A stretch of 64,000 nt of DNA from Marsupella aquatica. Taxonomy: Eukaryota > Plantae > Marchantiophyta. The notes under the pieces are model-generated. The model worked only from the letters and a program-made list of their open reading frames with translations. It did not search any database and was not told the DNA's origin. The stretch spans positions 14,724,645 through 14,788,644 of the forward strand of contig OZ316893.1 in assembly GCA_973895155.1 (NCBI GenBank), read 5' to 3'. A program made the translations under genes and the position numbers. This document shows, piece after piece, positions 12,837 to 27,100 of this stretch. How positions within the stretch are numbered: the first letter of the stretch is position 1; the number at the start of each line of letters is the position of its first letter.

Positions 12837-13783
12837 ATGTGGGCGCCACTCACTGCAGAGGGAGTAGAGGTTTTTGGGCTGGCCGTTTATCAGTGCTTGC
12901 ACCGCTGGACGGCGTTGCAGCTAGCCATACACAATGAGTGGGGAGGCTCCTCTTCTGTGCTCAAAGCTCAGCAGTTTCAGTCCAACGTTGTGGCCTTCTT
13001 CACTCGTTCGAAAGGTACGTTTCTGCCCTACCCTGTCTGGACCAGTGCATGTTGGAATTCTTCAACGCTGAGTTCGACGACAGGACTTCTTTTGAGGCAG
13101 ACGTGGAGCCTCTAATTTTGTTCTTTAATTGGGATTGATACTGTTATATTGTAGCAGAGGTTCGAGACATTGATGAGTTGGAAGATCTGTTGGACCAGTG
13201 CATGCTGGAATTTTTCAACACTGAGATCGAGGATGGGAGTTTATTTGAGGTGGGTGTGAAGCTTGTTAAGTCTGTTGCACAAAGCGAAATCTCTACCATT
13301 AGATGTCTCCGGGTGGTAGTCGTCGTTTTTATATCTCTCTGTAATCAAGTGACAGTTTGCATAGTTGATTTAAAACCCTAAACTTTGATGTCAAGGAGGT
13401 TTCTATTCTCTGATCGGGTAGACTGTGAATGGGTGATGGGATGAATACAGGTTGCTGAGCAGATCATGAGCATTCATGAGGAAAGCATGCTCGGAAATTA
13501 TGAGAATGTGAGGCGCATGTCTACTCCAGCTCCCGGAAGTGGACAATCGGTGCTTGACAGTAGGGAAAAGGTGGTTGAAGACGAGGGTGAAATTTCTGGC
13601 AACCATCAAGTTGCCGATTCACGATATGAAGAGGGTATGGACATGGAGCAGTCATTGCCAACAGCTGCAATTGCTTCCAGCTCAACATCAAACCCTGCTC
13701 AAGCGCCAGTATTGACTGAAGAAGAAATGGCTGATGGTTGGCAACAAGCTCCCGTCGGGAAGGGGAGACGTGGCAAGACTTGA
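12837..13783 (+). CDS. TSR2: Pre-rRNA-processing protein TSR2 homolog (WGG domain), ~200 aa; exons 12837-13014, 13155(or 13158)-13249, 13451-13783
   Basis: Motifs RWTALQLAIHNEWGG, DELEDLLDQCMLEFFNTEIEDGSLFEVAEQIM and the C-terminal DGWQ...KGRR. Splice phases are consistent, with a TAGCAG (NAGNAG) acceptor at 13152-13157. Confidence 0.92.
13036..13110 (+). pseudogene. Partial duplicate (pseudo-exon) of TSR2 exon 2 inside intron 1
   Basis: CTGGACCAGTGCATGTTGGAATTCTTCAACGCTGAGTTCGACGACAGGACTTCTTTTGAGGCAGACGTGGAGC aligns to exon 2 TTGGACCAGTGCATGCTGGAATTTTTCAACACTGAGATCGAGGATGGGAGTTTATTTGAGGTGGGTGTGAAGC. It translates as LDQCMLEFFNAEFDDRTSFE versus LDQCMLEFFNTEIEDGSLFE. Confidence 0.85.
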
Positions 13784-14587
13784 CAGACAAATTTAGGATT
13801 CACAGAATTAACGTCGTTAATAATTCTCTTACACCAGTTCTCTCAGATTCGTGAAACCCACACCATATACAACTCGATGAGGAAGCCCTTTGGTCAAGGT
13901 ATTTGAAGGCCCAAATACTCATTTCAGACAAGTACAGCTGTTTGGTGGCCCAGTGGCTGCCTCCTGTGACCTTTATAGATTGATTAATTCGTCAATGTAC
14001 AAAATTTGCTCATGAGTTATATAGTGATTAGTTCAGTGTTAAGCGCGATATTGGTGAGTGATCCCAAGTAAGCTATTGTATTGGTTCCTGTTCCCTTGAT
14101 TGGATCAAAATAGAATATAACTTTTCCATTTCTCTTTAATTTTCTGTTCTATTGAAAGAGAAATTCAACATTCTGTCCATGTGGCCGTTGTCGTGTTGTT
14201 TCATGGTACTATCATCGTAACTTTTATAGAATCCCCTAGTCCCCGGTTGGTCCACACATCTCACGTCTTCCCTCCGGATCACATGTCGTTCAAATGATTT
14301 AGTTTATAAATCAGAAATACAGTGTATTGGTTTATGTTCTGGTTGTATGGTTGACGTAGATTAACACACGGTCAACCCTACAGTGCATGATTCCCCACAA
14401 TCAATTCAGCAGACGATCCCCCTCGTGCTCACCCCAATTCGATGAACACTTCACTTTGCAGAGCAGACAGAAGCCGATCAAGTATTTTCTTCCATGGTGC
14501 AGAGGAACAGAGAAGTTAATTATCAACTCTAACCAAAGAAGAAATTAATGAAGGTAGCACTTGTTGTTCCCCTGCACGGAATCACTC

Positions 14588-14863
14588 ATCAAAATGTGAT
14601 AATATGAGACTTGCACTCATTGATTTAAACAAAATAACTAAGTATCCAAATGTGATTAATCACACATCAAAATGTGATAATATGAGACTTGCATTCATTG
14701 ATTTAAACAAAATAATTAAGTTTATCACATCAAGATGTGATGCTTAATCACACATCAAAATGTAATAATATGAGACTTGCACTAATTGATTTAAACAAAA
14801 TAAGTAAGTTTATCATGGTATGGAAAAATGTCTTACACTGTCAAAATGTGATAATATGAGACT
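14588..14863. repeat. AT-rich tandem repeat, ~78-88 bp unit, 3 copies plus a partial
   Basis: ATCAAAATGT(G/A)ATAATATGAGACTTGCA.T.ATTGATTTAAACAAAATAA.TAAGT at ~14588, ~14666 and ~14754, with a partial copy at ~14841. Confidence 0.9.
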
Positions 14864-15994
14864 GTCAAGTGCCGCCCATAGAGTTTGCTCAGCCTAGGAA
14901 TTTGTTTTTTCTACTAGCCAGAAATGCTCCATTTTCCAGTCTGCCTTTCCTCCCATGACCTCTCGGAAGAATATATAGGAATGCCAGGCGGGATGCCAGG
15001 AACCAATGCAAGCAGGAAAAAGGCCAATGCTCCGGAAAACAAGGTTGAAATCTGGCCAGACCCTGATGGAGGCTGCAGGATGCTCTAAGTATGACCACAA
15101 TTCTCAACCCCAAATTCCCTATATTAGGGATTCTTGACCTGTCCAGGACTAGGCTCATAAGAAACTAAAGGAGGTCCTTAAAAGACTTTGCGGCTATCAC
15201 TTCCATAATTTCCTAGATCCTGTGACAACACATAAGTTTTTTTTTTTAAAGTGGGGAAGCAAGCTAGAGGCTTTAGGGAAGTAAGTTAGGGATGCCAATG
15301 TGCACCCCTATTCCTTGGGGTCTCACTTCCGCATAAACACCCTTCATGTGCAAACAAGCATAAGGTTTTAATTTGGGTTTGCAGAATATCCTAAATTTGA
15401 TAAAAACTTATATTGAACAAAGGCCTAAAAAAATGCCATGTGTGATGACTTGAGTTTATAGATACTTAGTTTTAAGTTTCTAATAAGAGTAGCACAAAGA
15501 GTCCACCCACTTGCACGTGATGGGGGTGTCTCTAAATAGTGAGCCCCCTCAGCCTATTTTGGCCCCCCATTGTGTGTGCACCCCTGTTCCAACCCCCCAA
15601 TTTGTCTGCACCCTTGTTGCTATGAAGCAAAAGTGGAAAGTATGGGCACCATCACATTTGTCTGCGGTTCGAGAAGTATCCCCCCAAATGCTGGCAACAT
15701 GGCACAATCTTGGAGAACTCATGAATGGAGGATTGGGGCCTGAAATTAATGGATGTGTGGAAAAGCAACGTACTGGCAAATTGCTCTTAAGTGCTACCAA
15801 TCCTTGGTGGTCAAGGGCCAAGTGGCCTCTTCACACTTCACCACACTGTTTGGAGTCAACGCAGTTGTGTAAGGTGTAGAACAAAATCCTACTTGGAATA
15901 TAAGTACTGCAGTAGAACTGCGAGCCCAATCATGATGCATCACAAAGGAGTTGCGAGAGTAAAGTTGCCCAGTAGTTATAGTTTATTCCTAAGC

Positions 15995-15998
<4 letters not shown>

Positions 15999-16048
<50 letters not shown>
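15999..16048. repeat. (GA)n microsatellite
   Basis: Perfect GA run seen directly. Confidence 0.97.
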
Positions 16049-16052
<4 letters not shown>

Positions 16053-18117
16053 TGGAAGCAAAACACACCTCTCAACGGATGCAATAAACTTGTAGAGAGC
16101 CAGTTATGACATCCGTGACTGAGCCAGGAACTTCCGATCACTTGCAATGGAGTTGAAACGAGCCCTTCAAGGCATGAAATGGAACCACCGATGAGGCAAT
16201 TTGGCATCAGGAGACGGACCCAGAACAACAGCAGTTACTGAAAATCTGGTAAGTGACGCTAATCAACTCTTCCACCTCACCTCAAACGTCTCATCTTAGC
16301 AAAGTAAGCACTTCGTGATGGTGAGATGATTCAGTGACCATTCACTTCTTGTATGGGAATTCTGAAACGGGGATCAATAGTTCAACTAGATTTTAAATTC
16401 GTTGAGCAAAGTCGGCCCCAGTAGTTCTAATGGTGAGAATATCGACTTCCTTTCATTCAAACTTTTGACCAGAATGTTCATTTGCGCTGCTATTGAAAAT
16501 TGGTGTGAGGTGATTGCAAGTGACAACTACTATTGTCAAGGGCATTCCTTAGGGCCACTTCAAGTTGACGAGTCCTTATGCTTAATTGTTAATTTCCCGA
16601 AAGATACGACAGACAAGAAATTGCATTTTCCTTTTCATTGCTTTCGTGGGAATGATTGTTAGTGATTTTCCTTCTTTTTTCACCTTTAATGCTTTCGGTT
16701 CAATTCCGTAGCGATTGATGCTTCTTCGAGAGTGTCTCTTGTTGGGTCAACTTTTTGATTGAGGGAAGTTTTAAGTAAGTTCAATGGAAATGACATTTAA
16801 CTTTCGCGAAGATGAGTGAACATAAGAATCCCCATCGACCACCTATAAGGAGTTTTTTAGCCCATGCATCATGGAAATGAGAGCATCTCCCAGGGCGAGG
16901 GGTGGTTGTGTAAATCGAAGCTAGGATTTGTGCAACTATAGTAGTAGTGGATTGAGCTTTAACTTGTCATCGCAACCTGAGATTTTTGACTTATTATATC
17001 AATTTCGCAGTTCCTATTGGAAGGTGTTCGTTTTTTAACATCTCTTAACCGACTCTATTTGAGTTCGTGCCTTTCGATACCAATTCAATCACAGAAATCA
17101 ATTCAGTCTTGATTCTGCCCATATATGGTAGTCGACTGCAGTGAAATCCGAAATCTCTCTGAGAATTGTTTCTTGGGTCAAGTTTGTGACTTGCAAGACA
17201 AATTGTTGAAGTAGTCAGGGCGCCCATAGACTTCATTTTCCCGCATAGAATGCTAGGGTGGGAGGGGGGTCGCGGCGGAGGGGACCTGAATGTAGGATCT
17301 TCATCATCTTTGCATACTTGCTTTGACTGCACTTGTATTTCTCGCGCTGAAATATCTGCTCTGTTCTTAGTCCTCAAAATGGCGTTATCTATCATGCTAG
17401 TATATTAGAACGATCCAGCTCAGAGTGGAAATAGAAATTTCTATCTGCTATTTGAACATCTTTTCTCAAAGCTAAAACATTCAATTCCATATCTTATCCC
17501 GCTACGATGTGTTGGCTTTGGTTTTTTTGGTGAATTGTGCTCAATCCCAGCTCTAAATCCATTAAATCTAACAGGATATTCAATTTCTGTTCGTATCGAT
17601 GAGATGACTTCGTAGAATAAAATGACAGTTGTTGGACATATTAGTCATAATCTAAAAACAATCTTGTAAGAAGAACAAGACTAAGAGACGCATTAGAGAG
17701 AGGTACATTTCTCACGTTTAGTTCCATACTAGGATTTTCCTTGAAGTAGCTTTGTTACAGACTACTGATGTCAAAACTAGCGTGGCCCATTGCATAAGTT
17801 TGTTTGCATGCTACTAACTGTAACAAGACCATCCAACTGAAGAGCTTTAACTGTGGCTCTGGTCACGCTTCAAATTGATTGTGGTCATGTTTTCACAACT
17901 GTTAATAATATTCTTGCGAACCAAAACAAGAATTTCATATGATCCAACATCATTGGATAAGCGCACAGAACCTCTGTGAATGAAGTAAATCAAATGAGAT
18001 GATTAAACTTACCCTGCAGTGTGGAAATGTTCAGAATTGATTTTGCGCATCAATGGACATATAAAGAGAACTTTGGACGAGCTTGCTGTAGTCTTTGCGA
18101 AAGGCACATAGAGTTCG

Positions 18118-21100
18118 ATGGCGACGGCAGGGGTCACTCCATACCCTTCTCAGCAACTACCAGCATTTGGTAAATTCTTGATTTATCATCATGACTCGAC
18201 TCCTGTTTATGCATTGTTTCAATATCATCCATTGTTCCAAGAAGTAAATGGTATTCTTGTAACTTTGGCTCGTTTCAGCACAGCAAGCAGTTTATACTAT
18301 GATGCCACTCTATACATAGTATCCATCACAAATGAATTGGAACTTTGAATGAACATGTGATGAGATATAGGCTTCACATAGGGGTGACTGAATGGAACCC
18401 CTACGGAAAGTTATCTGGACCTTTTGAGACCCAACATCTATTACCTACTCGGGTATATTTTTGCCCATTCAAGGAAATATGGTGTAGGAGATATATGAAG
18501 GTGCTACATATATGCTAAGAGTATAAGAGTTAGGAGATTTGATATCCTCAGCATTAAAACCCTACAGCTAGCAAAATTTTGCCCAACTGAATTTCTTAGG
18601 AGTCAATCGTGAATTTTAGTATAGGTGAACTGTCCTTTCCCACTACCTAAGAGCTTTGACTAATTGTGAATGTAGTGGCTAAGAGGTCTAAGTTGCTAAG
18701 AACTTACTTGAGTTCCCGGTTTTAGTTAGTTTGGTCTTACTAGGGTTCGTTAACCCCTTGATTTACATTAGGATAAGATACATTTATATGGAAAGTATAA
18801 GTGTGTGCACCCATGACCCCACCTGGATAAGCTTTGCTAGTATCCTTTTCAAACTATTTTCTGATTCATAAGTACTGGCCTGACTTCCCTAGAGTTTCTC
18901 AGGCCCATGGTTGCCTTCCTCACCTGTTCCCTCTGAAACTTACCTCCCCAGAGTCAATGTCTACAGGCTTCACTCTAGACCATAGGCACCTGAGTATAGC
19001 TTTTGATCATGGATTATTCATTAGATTAAACATGTGTTTGAAAGAGAAACTTGACCTCAACTTTATAAACATCAGTTTCATTAATAGCAAAATTCCAATT
19101 CTCAGGAAACAACGGCCTGAATCTTATAACCTTAGCCCCTCTTTAAATTAAGAATCAACAAGAAAGGTTTTCAGTGCTGAGCTTTGTAGTACATAGAAAC
19201 CGGGATAGAAACTCTTGGAACTCCGGTTGAACCCACTCAAGCAATAGTCCTCCAAGCTAGCCAGGGTCTCTTTGAACCCTTCCCTCAATGACCATGAGGA
19301 TCTAGAAACTCAGTTGTAAAGTTACCGTGGTCTTCAGTTGACAAACCTTGACTAAAAGAGTTCTTGGCTCCTAATCTTGAAATAGCCAGGCCCACTATGA
19401 CAGAATTGTTCACGGAAATTGTTTTGTTTGCTAGAGGATAAGAGCAAACAAATTTACTGAAATAGTGCCACCAAACCGCAAGGGAAAGGAGTGGAAAAGG
19501 TCCCAAGAAGACCACTGATAGTTTTGTTTGCTAGATAGTTTGTCCACTAGTAAATCAAGAGAATGAGATAGTCAATTAATTGAATGAGATGAGAGTAGCT
19601 GAGTAGCATGCATTGAGCTTACCCACCCCTATTTTGAAATAAATTAAATCATGCAAAACTAAAAATCAAATATATAGTAATTTTTAGTTTTCTAGTATCG
19701 TTTTTCCTCCATATTGTCTTTTCTTTGGAGTGTGGGTGATGGTGTTGTTCCGGCTAGATTAGGTTGTGTTTAGTTGTGCAGCATAAAAGCAACATACTTT
19801 CCATGAGGTATGTCTGGGAACCAAGATACCATGCAATAAAAACGTTCGCAAGTAAAACCTATTTGTAATCCAGACCACCTTAACTAAGGACAAAAGGGTT
19901 TTTTTCACAAAGCTACACAAAATTGGAAACTACCAAAAAATATTATTATTCTTTAGCCTCCTGATATCAATGCAAACAACTTTTAATAGCATTTTTATGA
20001 GTCAGATCTAACCTCAGTTTCATAAACTGTTTAACAAATCTAACCTGAGTGACGGAAACTGTTTATAACTTTTTCTCAAAAGCAGCATGAGGAGAAGCAT
20101 GAGTTTTGCAAATAATTCTACTATTGAAAAAAATACATTCCAAGATAATTATAACCTCTGCCAAAGATTTTCAAAATGAACCACTCAGATCTTCATGCAG
20201 ATATGCTTTCATAAAAGCACACATTTGTAAGGCATGATTCTACTTGGCGATCTGGTACTATATTTTTGCTGGGAAGCATTTTAAAGCCCAAAACCTAAGC
20301 TTGTGCAAACTTAATATATAACCTGAAAGCTTTATTTTAGCATATTGAAACTGGAAGGACTCTTGGCTTTCTTCACCTGCTAGACACAGGCAAATGCATT
20401 TCTTATAACTTAATTTTCTTGATGGACGAAAACAATCTTTTCATTTTCTCTTTTACTTGGGACCACCAGGTCTCAGGTTCAAGTCCCCCTAATCTCACCA
20501 GGGGTGGGCTACTGAGGGTCGGTGTGTGTGTGGGTGGCATGAGTTAGGCCAAATTAGCCTTGCAAATCACTTGGGAATGAAACAATTCCATTTCCAAAAA
20601 CAAGATAGACTCCTTCTCTTTCCTGTGCAGATTGCCACAAAAATCTCACAAAAGAAATATGAGTTACGCCTGGAGATCCAAATTGAGGATCTCAATTTGA
20701 GATGTTCCATAGCTTTCTAAAAATGAATGAAGTAACATAACCTATTTGGGAGGACACCATGACCCTTGTACCTTTCCGGAAGTGGGCTGGACTTGGACCA
20801 TGTTTTCAAGCAAATTCTCCAAGAGTTGAGAGGAGACTTGGAAACAGTGGTAATATGCTTTCACATACTTTTCAAGCTTCATTCTATGCTCATAAGATAG
20901 CGTGAATACCATTGGAAACTGGAAGTCCTACAACGAAAGAAAACGTAGAAAAGTTTTAAAGAGGTTTTATGATGAGTACCATTGTTCTGAACAAAAAATG
21001 GAGCATTATTCATTGGTAAACTCAAATGAGAATAATACAGAACACGGTCAATCATTTTAGGTCATACCACCGTTTTTATCTTGCTATTTTGAAGTGACTG

Positions 21101-24100
21101 AGAGGATTGTAATATATACCAAGGTGCATGATTGATGAAGGATGTGGGAAGAAGAAGCAAAAAGTAAGTTATTAGGTTGAAGCAGGCATGGCGTTGGTAG
21201 GCCAAGCAATGTTTTGATGACATAATTAGATCATTTATTTGGAGATATTAGAGAATATGTAAAATTACCATTGACCTTGAAGATTCAAAGAAAGAATTCA
21301 ACATGTACCACTTGCCTTTGAGAGTTAACCTTAAAAGATATTCGGTACACCTCAAGGTCAAAGTGGAATATAAATTATCATAAGTGTGACAAGGTTATGA
21401 AACTTGACTTGTCTTCCAATGATAATCTAGGAAACAATTCTTATGTACCTCCAAGCGGGCCTCCAAGAAGGCTCAAGAGCCAACTAGGTGGTAAGTGCAA
21501 CTCTCATCTCAAAGGAAAGGGTGGAACCAAAATCAACTGATTGCAAGACAGTTAAATTGTTGAATCAATTTGAATTATGTGTAGACGGAAGCCAACAGAG
21601 CATAATATAGGGAAGACCCAAAGCAAAATGTCACTCAATGCCGAGCAAGCCATGTCAAAATATTCAGCCTTTGGTGTAAATGTCATGCTTTTCCTGACAT
21701 TATGCAATATATAGGATCATTGAATCTCTATTTATTTGGCAAATTAAGTAAATTCAATTGGATTTCTCACAATCACTCAATGAGTGAAATCATCTTAACT
21801 ACATTCCAAAATTTCATATAGTTTTCAGTGAATCAAACAGATTATTATGTGAGGTTAATGCAATCCCTGAGCCACATTTAACCACAACAGTGGACAGGTA
21901 AGGAAAGAGAAACCCCTCAAACAAATGTAATATTGACCAAACTGCAAACAGCTTAGCTTGGATAGATACCCAAGTTAATTTTGGCCTGTCCTGGTTGGAC
22001 ATGAGATTGCCAAAAATCCATGTTCATGGCGAGCTTATCCTGGGGCTTACGGATGCTAGGAGCACCCAAGCCATAACCAAAAACAAGATTTGGGCATGAG
22101 AATGTAGGCCAAGATATTATCCCAAAAGCCTACAAGGCAATAGGTGATGATTCTTGTGTCGAATTGAAAGAAGTAGCACTGATCACTGTGAGGCGGGAAA
22201 TCCATTCAACAAAATGATCGAAAAGGTTGAAGAGAGAAAGAAAGAGAGACAGAGTGAGTTCACATCCAGCTAGGGAGCTTACTAACCTCCAAATCAAGAA
22301 ACTTGATACCAGAATTCTATCCTACTTGGAAGTTTTAGTCACTTTTCAAAGTTGAGAGACAGGGGGGGGGGGGGTCCTTAACTGCTGATTTATCATGTAA
22401 TTCTTCAGTGATGAGGGAAGTTAAATTTGGACTAAGTGATATATAATGCAAACATATGGTTTAAGTAAGTCACTCACCATCACATGCTTGACCATAATAA
22501 ATTATGCCTTGTTATATTAACATGGGAGGAATAGGTCGTACAGTACAAGAGATAGAAAGTTCACTCTAGCTCAAGTTCACTCAGGTCAAGTTTAGTCAAG
22601 TGTACGTTGCAACATTCTAAATTAATACCATGTTTCTACATCTCAATAGTTTAGGACTGGCCATTTAAACCAAGTTAGAATATGAAGATATTTTCACACT
22701 AGCTGGACTGTTAGTTTATTACTTGCCATAAATTCTTAAGGATGGGAACTTCATTCAGTAAACCCTTTAGTTATTTTGGAGAATGAGAAACTCACTGAGG
22801 TTAACAAAGGTTGAAATTTTCACAAAGGGTTTCAACTGTTACACCAATATTCAGCTGGGCATTTATTCCAGGTTTAATATAAGGGATTCTTAAAATAACT
22901 ATAAATATTTTACAATCGTGATTCATTGTGGTCCACTTGTTTGCGTCCAAATCTAACACCAGGGTAACCTTGGGTCCTAGCCAAAAATTGTTTCATAAAT
23001 TCTTCAAACTAGATTTGCATTTTGGCACATATTTGAAGGTCTGAAGGTAAGCTTGTGATTGAATACCTGACTCCTAAACTCTTGTTTGAATGCTCCATTT
23101 TTTCTAGCAGTGTAAGTATAAACCAAATATCTTAAACTTTGGAAGGTTTTGACTAGAGAATTCCTCCACTTGGTATTTACAGTTTTAATCAGAGTCTGTT
23201 TCCAAAGTCTTGGTAAACTACTTCAGGATGGGAAGCAAGTACTTTGTGAATAAGTTAAAATAAGATAGCATTAGAACCAACAGTCATGCTATATATTGCA
23301 TTTTGGCTTGGGATCAATGTTACTTAGTATTGACTACCTATGCTATGGGCGAGAATAGACTTCACACAATTCGTGCTGAGACAAGTCCGCTTCTAAATGG
23401 GATTGTTGAGTAGGTTGTGACAACAGACTTTCATTTGCCACGTGTAGTCTACATCATTTCATCCCAAGGCTGATTTTTCAGGCTTTCAAACTAAAGATTA
23501 AATTCCCCAATCGTTGTTGTCTAAGAACTTTCACTGAGATTTCATGTGAAGCAGTGTATAGAAAAAATCCGAGCTAGTAAGTTTAATTTGGCCCAACTGT
23601 TTTGTCTGAATTGGTGAACTATTTTTTGAGCATACTTGTACTGTGTATTTTGTTGAACATAACATACTTGATTCGCGCCAAATCAGACCATAAAAAAACA
23701 GATTAAAAAAAGTGCTATATTCAAACTGCAGGAGGAAATTGTGGAAAATGCGTTGATGCATCAACAACAACAGAGGTAAGGAGACTGCCACTCCACAAAA
23801 CGAAGGTTAATATACTTGGTCATAAGGCTGCAATGCAAACCTGGTTTGGGATCTTTTAGCATCAAGGATCCAAAATTCAAGCGCCAAGGATACCAGCGTC
23901 CTTCTGAGCACGTTAAATGATTGTAGTCACGAGAAATGTTTGAAAATCTTGGTTCCCATTTTTCATTTTTTGTAAGCACTCACGAAACGCAGACCCACAT
24001 CTACTTTTATGCACATGCAATTGAATTTGAGAACATGTGCTTTGCAAGGTCCAACATTATTCACTAGGCTCGACCAGAGATTCGGAATTAAGCTCGTGAG

Positions 24101-27100
24101 TAGCCAATGTAACTCTTCTTGTGAAACATATATTTTGATAGAGCGCATGTCAAGGACTGTTGGGAGGATGGAAATTTTGTGAGGTGAAGGCTTGCTATCC
24201 TCTTTGTCTGACTGTCTCTGCTGTTGACCTTGACAGATGAAGAGAAATGCTGGTGAGGTAGACAACGTTCTGGCTCGCTCTTTGAAAAATGAGAATGATC
24301 TTCTGCGCTTCCAGCTCAATGATATCATTGCTCGGGAGAAACACCAGGTTTGTATGCATTAATGCTTTACTCAAGAAACAAAGTCCATCCATATATTAAA
24401 ATGCGTCCCAGAACAAAGTCGTGAAATTTGGCACTAGCTGTAGTGGAGGGTTGTAGGGCCAAACTGATCTCATCTCAAGTTATGACAGGGCTAAGCCATT
24501 CTAGATATTCTGCCTGAGACTGTGCAAAGACTCCCGTGTTATTGAGGTGGATATCACGTCAAAGTGTCTTACAGAACTCAAAAGTCTGGATGCCCTGGTA
24601 CAATCTGGTTCATTGTTAAAAAGCTATGTCCCAAATTTCATATTGCACTCGTTCCAAGTCACGAATCTATCTGTTCTATAGTAACTAGCCCTCTCCAATT
24701 CATGGCCTCCACATCATCAGGTTTAGGGTCTCTTTCACTGTGGAGGTTGTAAATCCGGCTTTCTTACAAAGTCATTAAACCTGTCCAGGAGGCTGGAGAT
24801 TGTGGCTATCCCCTTGGAAAGTTTCAGTAATCCTTGATCTCAGGAAAAAACTCCATTGATTCCATATATACAGCCCTACATTATATTAAACATTTCTTGC
24901 ACAAAATTGTATTGATATAATAGACTTACACAGGATACATTGGATTCATTGCTGAACATTGAATTGTGAGTTGCAGCGCATCGAATTGCAAAGACTCCGA
25001 TCTCACCGTGATGTGGAGGTCACGCAAATGGTAAACGCCGCAACAACGCAGCTGAAATCAGAAGTGGATCAGTTGAAAGGGCTGCTCCAGTCAACGTCTT
25101 CACAGCTGCTGCAAGCGCTCACAGAGAAGGAGAAGGTGGTCTCGGACAAGGATCAGGCAGCACAGGCTCTGGAGGAGGTGAGGCACGACGCCGCTGTCAA
25201 CGAAGCGAATCTCAGGACTCGATCTCAACATCTCGAGGAGGTGGTGAACAAAAGTGTTGCAATGACGTCTGCCTTGGCAGACTCCATTGATGCATTCCAG
25301 AGGCATGTGCTGCCCACTTTCAACCCTGCTCTGCTCGATGGGAAACCCAATCCTAAGGCAGTGGCTAATGATCCAGGAGGAAATAAAAATTTGATAGAAG
25401 AGGTAAAGTGATCTTAACTTGATTCCTTATCTTAATATCTACTACCATAAGGAAACATAAGAAAATAAAGCGGGGCGAGGATTTGGCCAACAAGGCCCCA
25501 TCAAGGAGCAGATTTTCACCACTCTAATCACAGACACCTATGACTTATTTTCAATCCATTTATCACCAAGGAAAACCAAACTAAGATAGACCATGCTTGT
25601 TTCTCTTATTGATCGAAGCCATTCCAAGTGTCCTTGTCTGGCCTCCATTTATATCATAAGTACTTATAATAATATAGATATTTCCATCCATGCCAAAAGG
25701 CATGGGTTATGTAAACTAGTATCATAAAAAGTTGTGGAAAGACCTGAGAGGCCATAGTTAAAGACGAAGAGATGCCATTTCAAGACTGAACCTATTGTAG
25801 ATGGTGGCTGCTGTTTTTTACTGGTTCTGGTTTGGGCTCTCTCAAATTTCTTTCTGTACTATTGATGAAGCTTTTGAACTATGGATTAATTTAAAAGCTA
25901 GAGTCCTGATATTTTCTTCTCCTTGGGTCTTATTTCACAGTCAAGATGCAAATTAGTTTGGAAAGAGTTTCCAGTTCATGTCATCTTTTAAGATCGAACT
26001 ACAATGCCATCTGTTCTTAGTGCAGATATAGATAACTGAACAGTTGACTAAGTAAATAGCTTAAAGCGCATGGACAAAATTGACCAATCAGTTCAAACTC
26101 ATGTGATTTTTTACATTGTGTCAAGTGGCGTTGTCTACAATGTAGCTATCCAGGTTGGAGAGTGCGCTCACCCTTCTAAGAGTACTAGTGGATGCAAAAA
26201 ATGACACATTGGTACTCATTCGTGGGAAGGTGAGATACTTTGAATCCCATGTATAATTCTTTGAATCCAAGGTGCTTAGTGTCCAATTCTATGATTGCTT
26301 CTGTGGTGACCCAGTACAGTACTTCTCTGGCTTTCTAGTGTGAATTATGTGACAATGAAAATTTCCTATCATGGAAGTCGGTTACAAGGGTCTTAGACAT
26401 TTGCCGCTCACCCGCCCCTAAACGAGAAAATCAAAAGAGAAAGCAGAAAAGCTTTGGAACAGTACAAATGTAACCTTGGCGCTTGATTTTTTAGGAGATT
26501 ACATCTCCAAATCGTTCTTGGCTGACGACAGATTGTTGGAAATTTGAATATGTTGAGTGGGTTATGTTCATCCTTGAAAGTAAATTCATTCACATTACAG
26601 AATTCTTCTTTGAGATTTCTCTTGCTATAACCTGGTTGACTAATGGCAGTTGAAGCAAGAGAATGAGGAGCTGAAAGCTGAGTTGCAATTGGCACGGGAA
26701 AGAGACTCGAAACACAAAGTGTCTCAACAACCAGTTGCATCAACCAATGATATGGGATTTGAGAAAAATATGCTTCGCCAGGAGTTGCACTCGTTACAGG
26801 TGCGAATCCCACTCGATTTGCAGAAAAATTGTCGCTTGATTGAGTGCATCTACTAACCAGTGAGATCTAATGGGTTCACATGATCCCTAACCTTCCTTTA
26901 AATTTTCTTAAAGGTGAATGGGGACAGTTCCCTCAGCAATGCACTCACAAAAGGTCCTGGGACAGCTGCGAAAGCCCATACCAATTATAAGATAAATTGG
27001 GACCCCCTGAACAGCTTCGGGCCAGAGAGGGGAACTCCAAACCCTAGATGATCCAATCAACTCACAGGACAAAGTAGGCACTGAACCACCCTATGAGGCC

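Noticed and set aside
14588-14863. Repeat array superficially like a CRISPR array
   Set aside because: The inter-repeat segments are homologous to each other rather than unique spacers, the context is eukaryotic and there are no cas genes. The same applies to the arrays at 38230 and 46692.
18019-18170. Alternative open frame VEMFRIDFAHQW...CCSLCERH in the first exon of the coiled-coil gene
   Set aside because: Its phase does not join the next exon (23732) without a stop, whereas the MATAG frame does. It could be an overlapping uORF but has no support.
20750-21520. Possible decayed Mutator-like transposase
   Set aside because: Only vague peptide resemblance with many stops, and no diagnostic motif or TIR could be established.
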